From the NCBI GenBank assembly GCA_002269645.1, contig NIVC01005205.1:1-21491 (forward strand): a stretch of DNA of 21,491 nt, written 5' to 3'. This DNA comes from Macrostomum lignano. Its lineage: Eukaryota. Below the pieces are notes generated by a model. That model did not search any database. It saw only the letters and a list, made by a program, of their open reading frames with translations, and was not told the DNA's origin. Numbering within the stretch: the stretch's first letter is position 1; each line of letters opens with the position of its first letter. This document shows positions 11,082 to 21,281 of the stretch, piece after piece. The position numbers and the translations under genes were made by a program.

Positions 11082-11347
11082 AGCCAACCAAGTTAAGAAT
11101 TGCCATTTGGCAGCAGTGGATTTGGTCTTGCCCATAGACATAGACGGAAAAGGCAAGGAAGTGGATAATTCTGATCTACTCCACGGAAATCGATGTTAAG
11201 CTCCTGAGAGACAGTCTATGGGAGAGGTTGCTGCTGGCATTCTTTTTCGTGCTGATGTCTATGGCCAAATTATCAACTTGTTTGCCTCTTCCGTCTATGT
11301 CTATGGGCAAGACCAAATCCACTGCTGCTATTCTCAACTTAGCTGGC
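11082..11347. mobile_element. Foldback / MITE-like inverted repeat
   Basis: Arms 11110-11170 and 11268-11328 are 57/61 complementary, with the outer 40 bp perfect. A degenerate extension reaches ~11082 and ~11347. No unambiguous TSD. Confidence 0.55.
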
Positions 11348-11562
11348 TTAACTATACATTTTTGCTTCATATTTAGTTCGTTGCAAAGAGCCCAGCAAAT
11401 TTAATATTCACCATAGACTAAGAATATAACTTTTCGCTATAAGAATATAACCCATTCTGGCCTCATCATCAGAGCTTCTAGTATGCATACAGAGTTGGTG
11501 CCTGCATGTGTTTGATTGGGGCTTATCGAAAAATTTGTTGAATTCATTTTGGAGAAATAAGG

Positions 11563-11925
<363 letters not shown>

Positions 11926-12794
11926 ACGCAAGTCTATGCAAGAGTACGCGAACTAGCTTAGAGAAGTAGAGAAGTGCTTAACAAGATACCGCGAAAAAGT
12001 GTCAATCAACACAGTCTCTTTGCTTAAACACATTATCAATAAATACTTAGTACGAATCGATAGATTAAGCAAATATATAACAGAGAACTATACCGGAGTC
12101 TTCGAAGTTGGCAAATGAGTCAACAATGACAGACAGGTTCTCCAGTGAGTTCATTGCTGATCTCTGAAATTCCTACAAGGAATGCAAAGTTCCTTGCTAT
12201 CTTTGCAGCCTGAGAACGATGGAATGCTTGAGAACTTGAAATCGGAATTCGCGCTCTTAATGTAGAGAGGATGTTTCAGCTTTCGGCTGCTGCAACACTG
12301 CAGGCCAGTTTTGTATTACAAGCGTCCTCGAGGGAGTGGGCGACAGCAGCTCAGTTCAGAATGGGAACGGTGAGTCACGGTGGGGCAGCGTTTGGCGAGC
12401 GAATGGCTGCATGCCGTCTGGGATTCGCAGGCTTCATGGCTTCAACTCAAGGCTACGAGCGAATGGCTTATGAACTAAGAAAAGAATTGAAGCAAAAGAC
12501 AGCAATTCCTGCAGCATCTACAAGCGTGTTTCATTATTCATTCTAAGAAAAAGTTTAGACAATTAGCATCTAATTCTTGCTAATGCTTTGCTAATTTTAC
12601 CCAAGTGAAAAACAGGTTGCCATGACACTCCTCGGTACATTTTATTTTCTCATTGATTTCATTATTAATTCAAGGATTCAGATTCTAAGTGTACTACTAA
12701 AAGTAATTATGCGAAGTACGAGCTATCTATCAAGCTTAACCTAACCGACTGTAGATATAGAGATAAAAATGTAAGATGTAAAAATGTAAATCTT

Positions 12795-13847
12795 GAGAAG
12801 GGAAGAGAAGAGGGAATGGAAACGTGAGAGGAGGGAAGGGAGATAGGAAGGAGAGGCGAGAGAATAAAGGAGAAGAGAGGAGAGAATGGGAGAGGAGAGA
12901 GGAGAGAGGAGAGAGGAGAGAGGAGAGAGGAGAGAGGAGAGAGGAGAAGTTAAAAAAACAAAGGGTAGAGAGAATATAGATATGAGACATGAGAGCAGAG
13001 AGGAGAGAGAAAAGAAAAGAAAGAGAGGACCGGGTAGAGGAGAGACAATAGATGAGAGAGTAGAGAGGACAGATGGGAGAGGAAAAAAGAGATAAGAGAG
13101 AGCAGGAGAGAGGAGAGAGGAGAGGAGAGGAGAGGAGAGGAGAGGAGAGGAGAGGAGAGGAGAGGAGAGGAGAGGAGAGGAGAGGAGAGGAGAGGAGAGG
13201 AGAGGAGAGGAGAGGAGAGGAGAGGAGAGGAGAGGAGAGGAGAGGAGAGGAGAGGAGAGGAGAGGAGAGGAGAGGAGAGGAGAGGAGAGGAGAGGAGAGG
13301 AGAGGAGAGGAGAGGAGAGGAGAGGAGAGGAGAGGAGAGGAGAGGAGAGGAGAGGAGAGGAGAGGAGAGGAGAGGAGAGGAGAGGAGAGGAGAGGAGAGG
13401 AGAGGAGAGGAGAGGAGAGGAGGGAGGAGAGGAGAGGAGAGGAGAGGATAGGAGAGGAGAGGAGAGGGAGGAGAGGAGAGGAGAGGAGAGGAGAGGAGAG
13501 GAGAGGAGAGGAGAGGAGAGGAGAGGAGAGGAGAGGAGAGGAGAGGAGAGGAGAGGAGAGGAGAGGAGAGGAGAGGAGAGGAGAGGAGAGGAGAGGAGAG
13601 GAGAGGAGAGGAGAGGAGAGGAGAGGAGAGGAGAGGAGAGGAGAGGAGAGGAGAGGAGAGGAGAGGAGAGGAGAGGAGAGGAGAGGAGAGGAGAGGAGAG
13701 GAGAGGAGAGGAGAGGAGAGGAGAGGAGAGAGAGAGAGGAGGAGAGGAGAGGAGAGGAGAGGAGAGGAGAGGAGAGGAGAGGAGAGGAGAGGAGAGGAGA
13801 GGAGAGGAGAGGAGAGGAGAGGAGAGGAGAGGAGAGGAGAGGAGAGA
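12795..13847. repeat. Polypurine tract: degenerate GA-rich zone followed by (AGAGG)n, ~148 units at 13107-13846
   Basis: Direct inspection; source of the GEERR and LSSPL ORFs. Confidence 0.98.
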
Positions 13848-14631
13848 TTGAGCGGGCCGGCTTGCCGGTTGAAGTTTCAACCTACTAGAGGGCCGGATAG
13901 AGAGGCTTTGCGGGCTGCATGTGGGCTGTGGGCGGAGTTGGCCGAAACTGGTGTAGAGAAACTCCGTGTAAGAACGCGCTGTACTTTCGCTTTTTTCTGC
14001 TTCCAGCAGATTGAAGAAAATGAATTTTTTTAAACTTTCAGATCCACCTTAATAGAACACAGACAAGCTTAATATGCTTACCAGAAGCTTTGAATTTGAG
14101 AGATTAAAAATTTAGTGCGAAAAACTTAAGTTCCCTATCTTTCTGCTGCATTTTAAGCGAAATTAGGCCTTCGAATAAAGTTGCGTGCTGATACAATGCA
14201 TGGTAACTTCGAGTTCGAGTGGTACTTTCATATCAGACTGCATCAGGTTTAAAAGCTAGATGTTTTCTATAATTGCTGTTGAATTGAATTGATTCATGTG
14301 CACTCTTTCACAAGGTTGACTCGCAAGTCATTCGAGAGAACAAAGTTAAAATACATACAATTGCCTATTGGAAAACACAAATGCATGAGTTGTGTTTAAT
14401 TGTTATGAGCGAATTTCTGCTTAGACATGGGCCGGTAAACTTATTCGGGTAGCAACAAGAGATAGAGATGATTCTCAGTAGCATTTCTAATTATTAATAG
14501 CCTGATAAACGTGAGTAGCAACTTCGGACACAACTCATTCTGGCTTCAGTTGAAAATAGATTTAACAAATCAGATCAAGTACAAATTGAACTCTATTCCC
14601 TCAATTTCTATTTCCCAACCAGAGCGCTCAC

Positions 14632-14719
14632 CTTTTAATCTTTCGCTGTTCATTCTGCAGCTGCTGCAAACGGTGGTTGCCGCCCTTCGCTTAGAGTACT
14701 TCAGGTAGTACCTGCACAT
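14632..14719 (-). CDS. Possible upstream or first coding exon of the MAP7-like gene
   Basis: ATG at 14719, open frame MCRYYLKYSKRRAATTVCSSCRMNSERLK, strong donor AAG|GTGAGC. The phase-1 exit is compatible with the 2860 and 1483 acceptors. No homology support. Confidence 0.2.
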
Positions 14720-15419
14720 TATTGACCTGGCCAGGTGCTGACTGTTGCAGGGCCTCTGCCATGAGTAAAATGGTTCGCAGGGAGAATTACAGCGTCATAT
14801 CAATTTCAGTGAGCGGCAAAAGAGAAGGAGTTTCAGAGAGTGCAGAGGCAACCATTTCTTATTGCAAAGCCAAAATCGCCCCAATCCCAATCAGATCGGC
14901 TATCGATCCGATTGAATGGCGACTGGACGTTAAGCGACCGGTATAGCAGAGAAGGCCTCTCCTAGGCAAGAAAAAATGTGCGCGAATTCTACAGCTGCGA
15001 GTACGTTTTTATTCTGTACTCTTCAGGACGGAAAATACAGTGGGCGAGCAGTGGGAGAGTGGGAGAGCAGCAATCGATAAAGCTAAAAAGATCTGACAGT
15101 GGATTATTTTTCATTTCAAAAGAAGTTCTTCGTGGACAATTTACTAATTCAAATCATAAAAATTTAATGCGAGCGATAAGTTGCTAAATGAAACCCATGT
15201 AATTACATGTACTTTGTATTCAGTTGTCCTAGCTGGTTTCATTGCATTTTGAAGTTCTGAAGCTCTGAAGTTTTGAAGTTGAATGGGGGTTTGAAGTTCT
15301 GTGTGTACTAAATGCACTACAGCAATACGACAAATATACACTCAGCAACATTGAAGGTTATGTCCAACCTTGCGCGAAAGGGTCCATGGTCAGCACGATC
15401 TATGGTTTCGCCACTTGGT

Positions 15420-15829
15420 TTTGGGCCATAGACAAATGCGCAAAAAGGACAGGAAAGTAAAGTCTGATAACTGGTGTGACAGGGAGAAGGGTCACAGAGT
15501 GTACATGAGTTAACTGGAGGCATCTGTGTACGCAGGCGACAATGACTGATTGACGCACTCTGCGTTGTTGGTATGGGCGTCCAGATCGCCGGACTTGAAA
15601 CCCGATTGAGCGCGTGTGGCCGGATTAACAACAACTGTTAACAGTGCGGCGCCTTGTTCTGGGAATGCCTCGACGAGTGAACGCTTTGTTGCACGTCCGT
15701 GATTGCTGCATGTACTCGAATACCCGTTATTGATGCCCTTCGGACATGTACACAGCGTGGGACATGGGCATGGACTTGTTTCGCTGTTCATTATTTGCTG
15801 CTTTGCTTTTTTATTGTCTATGGCCCAAA
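15420..15829. mobile_element. Candidate non-autonomous element bounded by 16-bp inverted repeats
   Basis: TTTGGGCCATAGACAA at 15420-15435 and its exact reverse complement at 15814-15829; no TSD found. Confidence 0.3.
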
Positions 15830-17593
15830 CATAGCCGAAAAACTTTTCAATCACTTATCGATCAATCACCTCTTGGCCGGGCTGACGAGGACATTTTTCA
15901 TGTTTCAGACTCTACAGTCTAATTCAAGTGTTTCACAGCTTTGGAACTCACAATTCAATGAAGCTTATGCAGATTGGAGGCGGATTAAGACTTCGACAAT
16001 GGAGCGTGGGTCCAAGAAATCCATTAATTCGTTAGTCAACCGGGTTTAATTTATTGTACGAGCTGTGAGACTAAATTGATCCGTTTAGAAACCTATTGGA
16101 GGAATTTCACGAAATTAACAGTGAAAATTCCTATCAGCTGGACTGCAGCTCCACTTCTGACTCAACTAAGAACTCTAGTTGCTTTCATTAATATATTGCT
16201 GATCCGTTTCTTTGCTAAAGAAGTTGTCCAATAACAGAAGTTCGATTTGTCGTAATTGCTTCCAAAGTCGGCATATCTGCCATCTGGTGAATTGCAATAT
16301 CTGCTCGTATTATAGCAATGGAATTGAATATTGGTAAAATCCTACTGTTCCTACCCGGCCGTCCGTCCTCCCCTTGCATTGGTCAGGCTCGATCGGGTCT
16401 CAATTGTTTATGAAGTTTCTAAGCTATCTGTCGCATAAGAGCCTAACTGTAATAATGTAAACTTGAGTTTTTCGAAAGCTACACGTGCAGATGAACATGC
16501 AGATCAAAGTTTAAAACTGCTAAGTTCGTTCAGATTTGCAGTACATAATATTATCATTTAATGAGAAAGAGCTGCAGATGATTTAAAAAATGGCGCCCAT
16601 GCAGACCAGGCCAGTTTCTATTTGTTTTGATTAAATTTGCGTACTTTTACAACGTCTGTACGTACATGTAAATGACCTGAAACATGACACAAATATAATT
16701 AAGGATTCCACCCTTTGGTCCTACACGTACGTAGTACATGTCATCTACAGTACAGGGCTTGTACATGCGTTGCCGTTGCAGCTTCAAGTCCAGAGACGAT
16801 CTGCCACACAAAATTTAGTTTAAATTCCAAACACAACAAGAACAAAAGCAATCGTTTTTGAGTAAATCCTATACCCTTCGGCGATTTTCTATGTGCATGC
16901 ATAGTATAAAGTACTTCAGAAATTAGTATAGAGCAATATAGTAGAGGATACTGGACAGCTCGCGGTTATATGAAAATGCTATTCGTTCGATTTGAAAATT
17001 TCTTAGTGACACATGAATGAGCTAATTCTGCAAGTTTTAATTCATTTGCCTGCCATTATTGTAATTCAAAATGAGTTTTAGTTACTAATTAGGTCATACA
17101 TTCAATTTAGTCCGCCAATGTAATAATTAATTTGTTCGACGAAATGTAAAAATAGGAAAGAATAAGAATAAAAATATAGACTATGTTAATAATAAAAAAT
17201 TGTGTAATTAAACTGAAAAATAAACCTAAAAAACTAGAGTTTGAGCTGAAATATTTCGAACTGAATTAGTTCTATAAAATTTGTTATAGCGCTCAATGTA
17301 GCTTTTTGTTTTTAAAAGTTGGCAAAAAGTATTTCGTTTTTGATTCGATTAAGATCATGTTCAATCGATCATTCATTTTTAACCTTTATCTATTGGAAAT
17401 ATGTATCCATTTCATTAAGCAGCTGCCCTACCAGTTGGTCATATAAACTATACTAAAAGTTTTCTATCTCATGTAATGCTAAGCAACTAAGCAACTTTGT
17501 GATTGGATGCATCGTATATGATTGTTAAGAAGATTCGTTCTACCATTTAACTTACATCCTTTTACTTTAATTAGGCCTAACAGTAAATCAAAT

Positions 17594-17758
17594 ATGGCTG
17601 TAAATGCTAATCAACTTTCGGATCTCCAGCTTAGAGAAATGCTGACAAAAAGAAATGTCCCTGTTGGACTTATTGATGGTTCTACTAGGCAGAGATATAA
17701 AAACCGTCTTCAAAAGCTGCTGGATTCTGAGTTTAAAAAGCCAAATGCTGTACCACAG
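17594..17758 (+). CDS. First coding exon: LEM domain of a LEM2/MAN1-type inner nuclear membrane protein
   Basis: MAVNANQLSDLQLREMLTKRNVPVGLIDGSTRQRYKNRLQKLL matches the LEM pattern LSDxxLRxxLxxxxxxxGPIxxSTRxxYxxKLxKL. It ends at CAG|GTAAAT (phase 0). Confidence 0.85.
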
Positions 17759-17918
17759 GTAAATAATTTGTTTTGATTACAAAATTAAAGACTATGTTGC
17801 TTTTGGGCATATTGAGCATTTTTGTTATGAACAATTTACTATTACTAGGCCTACTGATAGAGTGTTAGGCCCTACAATCTACATTGAATTTGTCAATATC
17901 TTTTTTTGTTATAAGTCC

Positions 17919-18096
17919 CATGGCCATGCTTGGGCACAACCTAGGGATTCACCTGGCTGTTTCTATTGGCAACACACACATGTAAGTCACTATTGGACAG
18001 AATAGTAGTCATGTGACTACTCTCAGCCAATAGCGACTTACATGTGTATGTTGCCAATAGAAATGGCTGAGTGATTCCCCAGGTTGCGCATGTATG
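17919..18096. mobile_element. 178-bp palindromic MITE with 8-bp target-site duplication (hAT- or P-superfamily-like) in intron 1 of the LEM gene
   Basis: ATAAGTCC at 17911-17918 and 18097-18104. Termini CATGG... and ...GTATG (5'-CAT on both strands). Arms 17960-17996 and 18027-18063 are 35/37 complementary; central hairpin GTAGTCA-TG-TGACTAC. Confidence 0.75.
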
Positions 18097-18560
18097 ATAA
18101 GTCCTAAAATAAAATTAGGGACTCCAATAAGATTTTTTAAATAGAAAAATATAAGAATGTTTGCTCTCAATTGTATAGATCTTATCAATGTTGCATATCC
18201 AGTTAAGGAACGTTTGGTTCCAAGGAAAGTAATTTCTATCACTGTTTCTAATAGGATTACAGTCATTTTGGTAATAAGACATTTTGGTAATAGTCATTTT
18301 GGGGATAAGCAAATGTCATTTTGGTAACAAAAAGAAGACCCTTTTGGTGACTAATAGCTATTGTGTTTTTTAAGAATAAAATTATATTGCTAATCCTCAT
18401 TAAATAAAAACTAAAATTTTAGATTTCTAGAACAGTAAAGTATTGATTTATTTATTTTGTTTATTTATTTGTTTATTTTGTTTGCAAGGGTTGCACTTGC
18501 AATCTTTTATATTTATTGTACTTTTTTTTCAGTTTTTTGAAACCCTGTTTTTCTTTGCAG

Positions 18561-18609
18561 TGGGCATTTCATGATGAGGATCCTCATAAACATAAAGTTT
18601 CTAGTCTAG
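18561..18609 (+). CDS. Candidate 49-nt micro-exon of the LEM gene (WAFHDEDPHKHKVSSL)
   Basis: Strong acceptor tttttctttgcag|. Phase 0 in and phase 1 out would join exon 1 to the open frame of the 19527 exon. The donor (AG|GTTTAT) is weak. Confidence 0.3.
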
Positions 18610-19526
18610 GTTTATATGTTTGAATATTCTGGGAAAAATTCAAAATGAGCTGCACAAAAAACAATATATTAGTTTGACATATTATTTTTAGAGGCCAATT
18701 TTCAAATGTTGATTCTGACTTCAAAATTATGTATGGAAATAATTTTAAGCTAATAGATTTTAAGTTTATATGGGTAATTCTAGTTTCTTTTCTAGTACTC
18801 TTATTATTATTTTACTACTTTTTACTAGCTACTTATATAAATTGTATAAAATTGATTAGGTGTTATATTATTATTTATCACTTTTTATCCTTTTGCCTTG
18901 AAACTAACAAAAGAACTTTAAAGATCTTTTCTATTAATTGCATTAAAGATAAAACCAAAATAGGACTCAATTATTGAATTTCCATTTATTGATCAATTGG
19001 TAGATAAATCCATTATGACTGGGATATTACAATTGCAATATTAGAAAATTGAATCATAGTAGCATAGACTTAATAAGGTGATCTGCCTGTAAAACTATTT
19101 AATTGGATGTTTATATGAAATCTAGCTTTAAATAACATTAATTATTCTAGCTTATTTATATATTTGAAAAGAAATATTGTTTCAGATTCTTATACTTATA
19201 AAGAATATACTTATTCCATAGTCTTTTATGCTGAAAACTTGGTATATTTTTATTACTTATATTTGGCTTAATAATAAATGCCTAGCAATAGACTGGGGGT
19301 TAATGACAGCCATCAGGGAATATGGCCAATGTACCAAGGGATATATAGCTTCATTGTGCAAAAGCCTAAAGCACGTTTCAACTATTTGTGCCTTAAAATG
19401 CTTAGGTAGGTGAATAAGTAGACCTGTTTGGCTTTAATGTTGGTTTCAATTGGTTCTTGAACTGATGTATGAAACATTCAATATTGAACTCCTGTCCAAT
19501 CAATTCTTTATGAAAAATTCCCACAG

Positions 19527-20275
19527 GCGAATGCGTCGCCTGCCACTGCAAATCGGCCAGCACCCGGCGGCGTAGCAGCGGCCGGGCCGCCACGCCAACC
19601 GCTGCGTCCACTCGGCAGACTCCTCAGCAGCAGCAGCGGCAGGCTCAGCGCACTCCACCACCAGGCCCCGTGGCCTCCTTTAGCTCAGACGAGGCCGACC
19701 TGAGCCAGGCTGAGGATCGGCCCGGCTCAGCCTCGCTGCGTCAGCGCCGGCGACATACCCCCGCTGTGCGCGAACCAGCGTCGCGCCGACACCACCGACG
19801 CCGGCGTCGCGTAGAGCCACGGCGGCGGCAGCAGCGACACCAACTGCTCAGCAGCGACGCAGTCGAGGACGGAAGTCGGCTGCTTTGAACACGTCGACTA
19901 GCCTGTTATTGCAGGACGACTCGGAGTCTGATGCGCCCGATGCCGCGGCTGCTGCCAACTCAGCCGCCGCCGCCTCCGTCTCAGTTGGCCGACGTCGTCG
20001 CGACGACCGCCTGGACGTGTCCGATGTCGAGGAGCCGCCGCCAGTTTCAGCGGCCAGCAGAGTCAGCAATGGCCGGCGTAGAACTGACGGATTTCCCAGT
20101 ACGGGCGGGTCGGTGAACAACTACTGGGCCATGGTGCCGAATTTCATGCTGCTTGGCGCGCTGCTTTTAGTCATCATTATTGGCGGCTATTTTATCACCG
20201 AGCAGAATAGGCTGGCCAAGGCTAGGCAACTAGAGGAGCTGCAGCGCATTGTCTGCCCAGATAAAGGAATTGCAG
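19527..20275 (+). CDS. LEM2/MAN1-type gene: low-complexity nucleoplasmic region plus first transmembrane helix; apparent frameshift near 19783
   Basis: Acceptor ttcccacag| and donor GCAG|GTAAG. S/T/P/A/R-rich translation in two overlapping frames, then the hydrophobic segment YWAMVPNFMLLGALLLVIIIGGYFI and lumenal ...IVCPDKGIA. Confidence 0.75.
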
Positions 20276-20304
20276 GTAAGATCACTTAGTAATTTGTCTT
20301 CTTA

Positions 20305-20600
20305 CCAGATCCTGAGATAGGTCATTCTTAACCCTTCCAGATCCTCAGATTGGTCATTCTTCACCCTCCAGATCCTCAGATTGGTCATTCTCAATTCTCC
20401 CAGATCCTCAGATTGGTCATTCTTCACCCTCCCAGATCCTCAGATTGGTCATTCTCAATTCTCCCAGATCCTCAGATTGGTCATTCTCAATTCTCTCAGA
20501 TCCTCAGATTGATCATTCTCAATTCTCCCAGATCCTCAGATTGATCATTCTTCATTCTGCCGATCTTCAAATTGAATCATTTATCCAACATTCTCCGATT
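20305..20600. repeat. Intronic ~32-bp minisatellite (CCCAGATCCTCAGATTGGTCATTCTCAATTCT), 8-9 copies
   Basis: Direct tandem repetition with two sub-variants. Confidence 0.93.
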
Positions 20601-20725
20601 CAAAGTCATTCTTACTAAATACCCTTCCAGATATTTAAATTTAGCATGCTCATCCTCCTCAGATCCTTCAGATCAGACTAGGCATTGTGTCAATCTTATT
20701 CTCCCCATCACACTCACATCCTCAG

Positions 20726-21251
20726 CAGTGTGTCAGAAGCTAGAGTGCATCCCGGACCAGCCCGGACTCATGCAGGCAGTTAAGCTAGCCAGGCCATTGC
20801 TAGATCAGCTAGCCAGAATGCGAGGCGACGCCGAGTGCAACGGCGGCGAGTCAAACTACCGGCTTCACAGCAGAGCGTAGTGAGCCTGCTTACCAACAGC
20901 GTCTCGGGCCTGCTGGTGAATGAAACAGACGTTAGTAATCTCATTGCTTTGGCTATCCGAGCTCCGCGTCTTGGCATCCTGGCATTGAGAGATTCGACGT
21001 CGACAGACTCCGACGTTGTCACTAAGGTCGAGGATTGCGGCTATCTGGCTGCTGCCGAGGGTCGGCGCGCAGCATCAGCTGTCGTAGCCGCCTGCTGGCC
21101 TGGAGCGCCCTGGCCTCCATAGGCCGGCTGGCAGCCTCTCTAATCTATGCGGCTGTCGGCCTAGCTGGCCTGGCTTGCCTCGCCTATCTGCTAGTCTACG
21201 CTGTGCGGCTGCCGGCGACGCGAGGCTGCACTGGTTGATGCTACAGACCAG
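20726..21251 (+). CDS. LEM2/MAN1-type gene: lumenal MSC (Man1-Src1p C-terminal) region plus second transmembrane helix; three apparent frameshifts
   Basis: Phase-1 acceptor ctcag|cag. The pieces VCQKLEC...LLDQLARMRGDAECNGG, ...APRLGILAL...VVTKVEDCGYL, SISCRSRLL...LIYAAVGLAGLACLAYLLVYAVR and RRREAALVDATDQ follow in order the MAN1/LEM2 lumenal domain, CR motif, TM2 and start of the winged-helix region as I recall them. Donor CAG|GTTGGT at 21251/21252. LEM2 versus MAN1 cannot be decided because the C-terminal RRM would lie outside the window. Confidence 0.75.
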
Positions 21252-21281
21252 GTTGGTGGAGCTGCCAAATTTACTTTTATT

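Noticed and set aside
10822-11370. Minus-strand frame with a single stop over 550 nt
   Set aside because: It is partly produced by the foldback, has no recognisable domain, and has no splice signals.
12281-12369. Possible plus-strand exon ending at ACG|GTGAGT
   Set aside because: All three frames are open, the acceptor is weak, and there is no partner exon.
16587-16595. YY1-like motif AAAATGGCG as a promoter mark
   Set aside because: A single 9-mer with no TSS evidence is not supportable.
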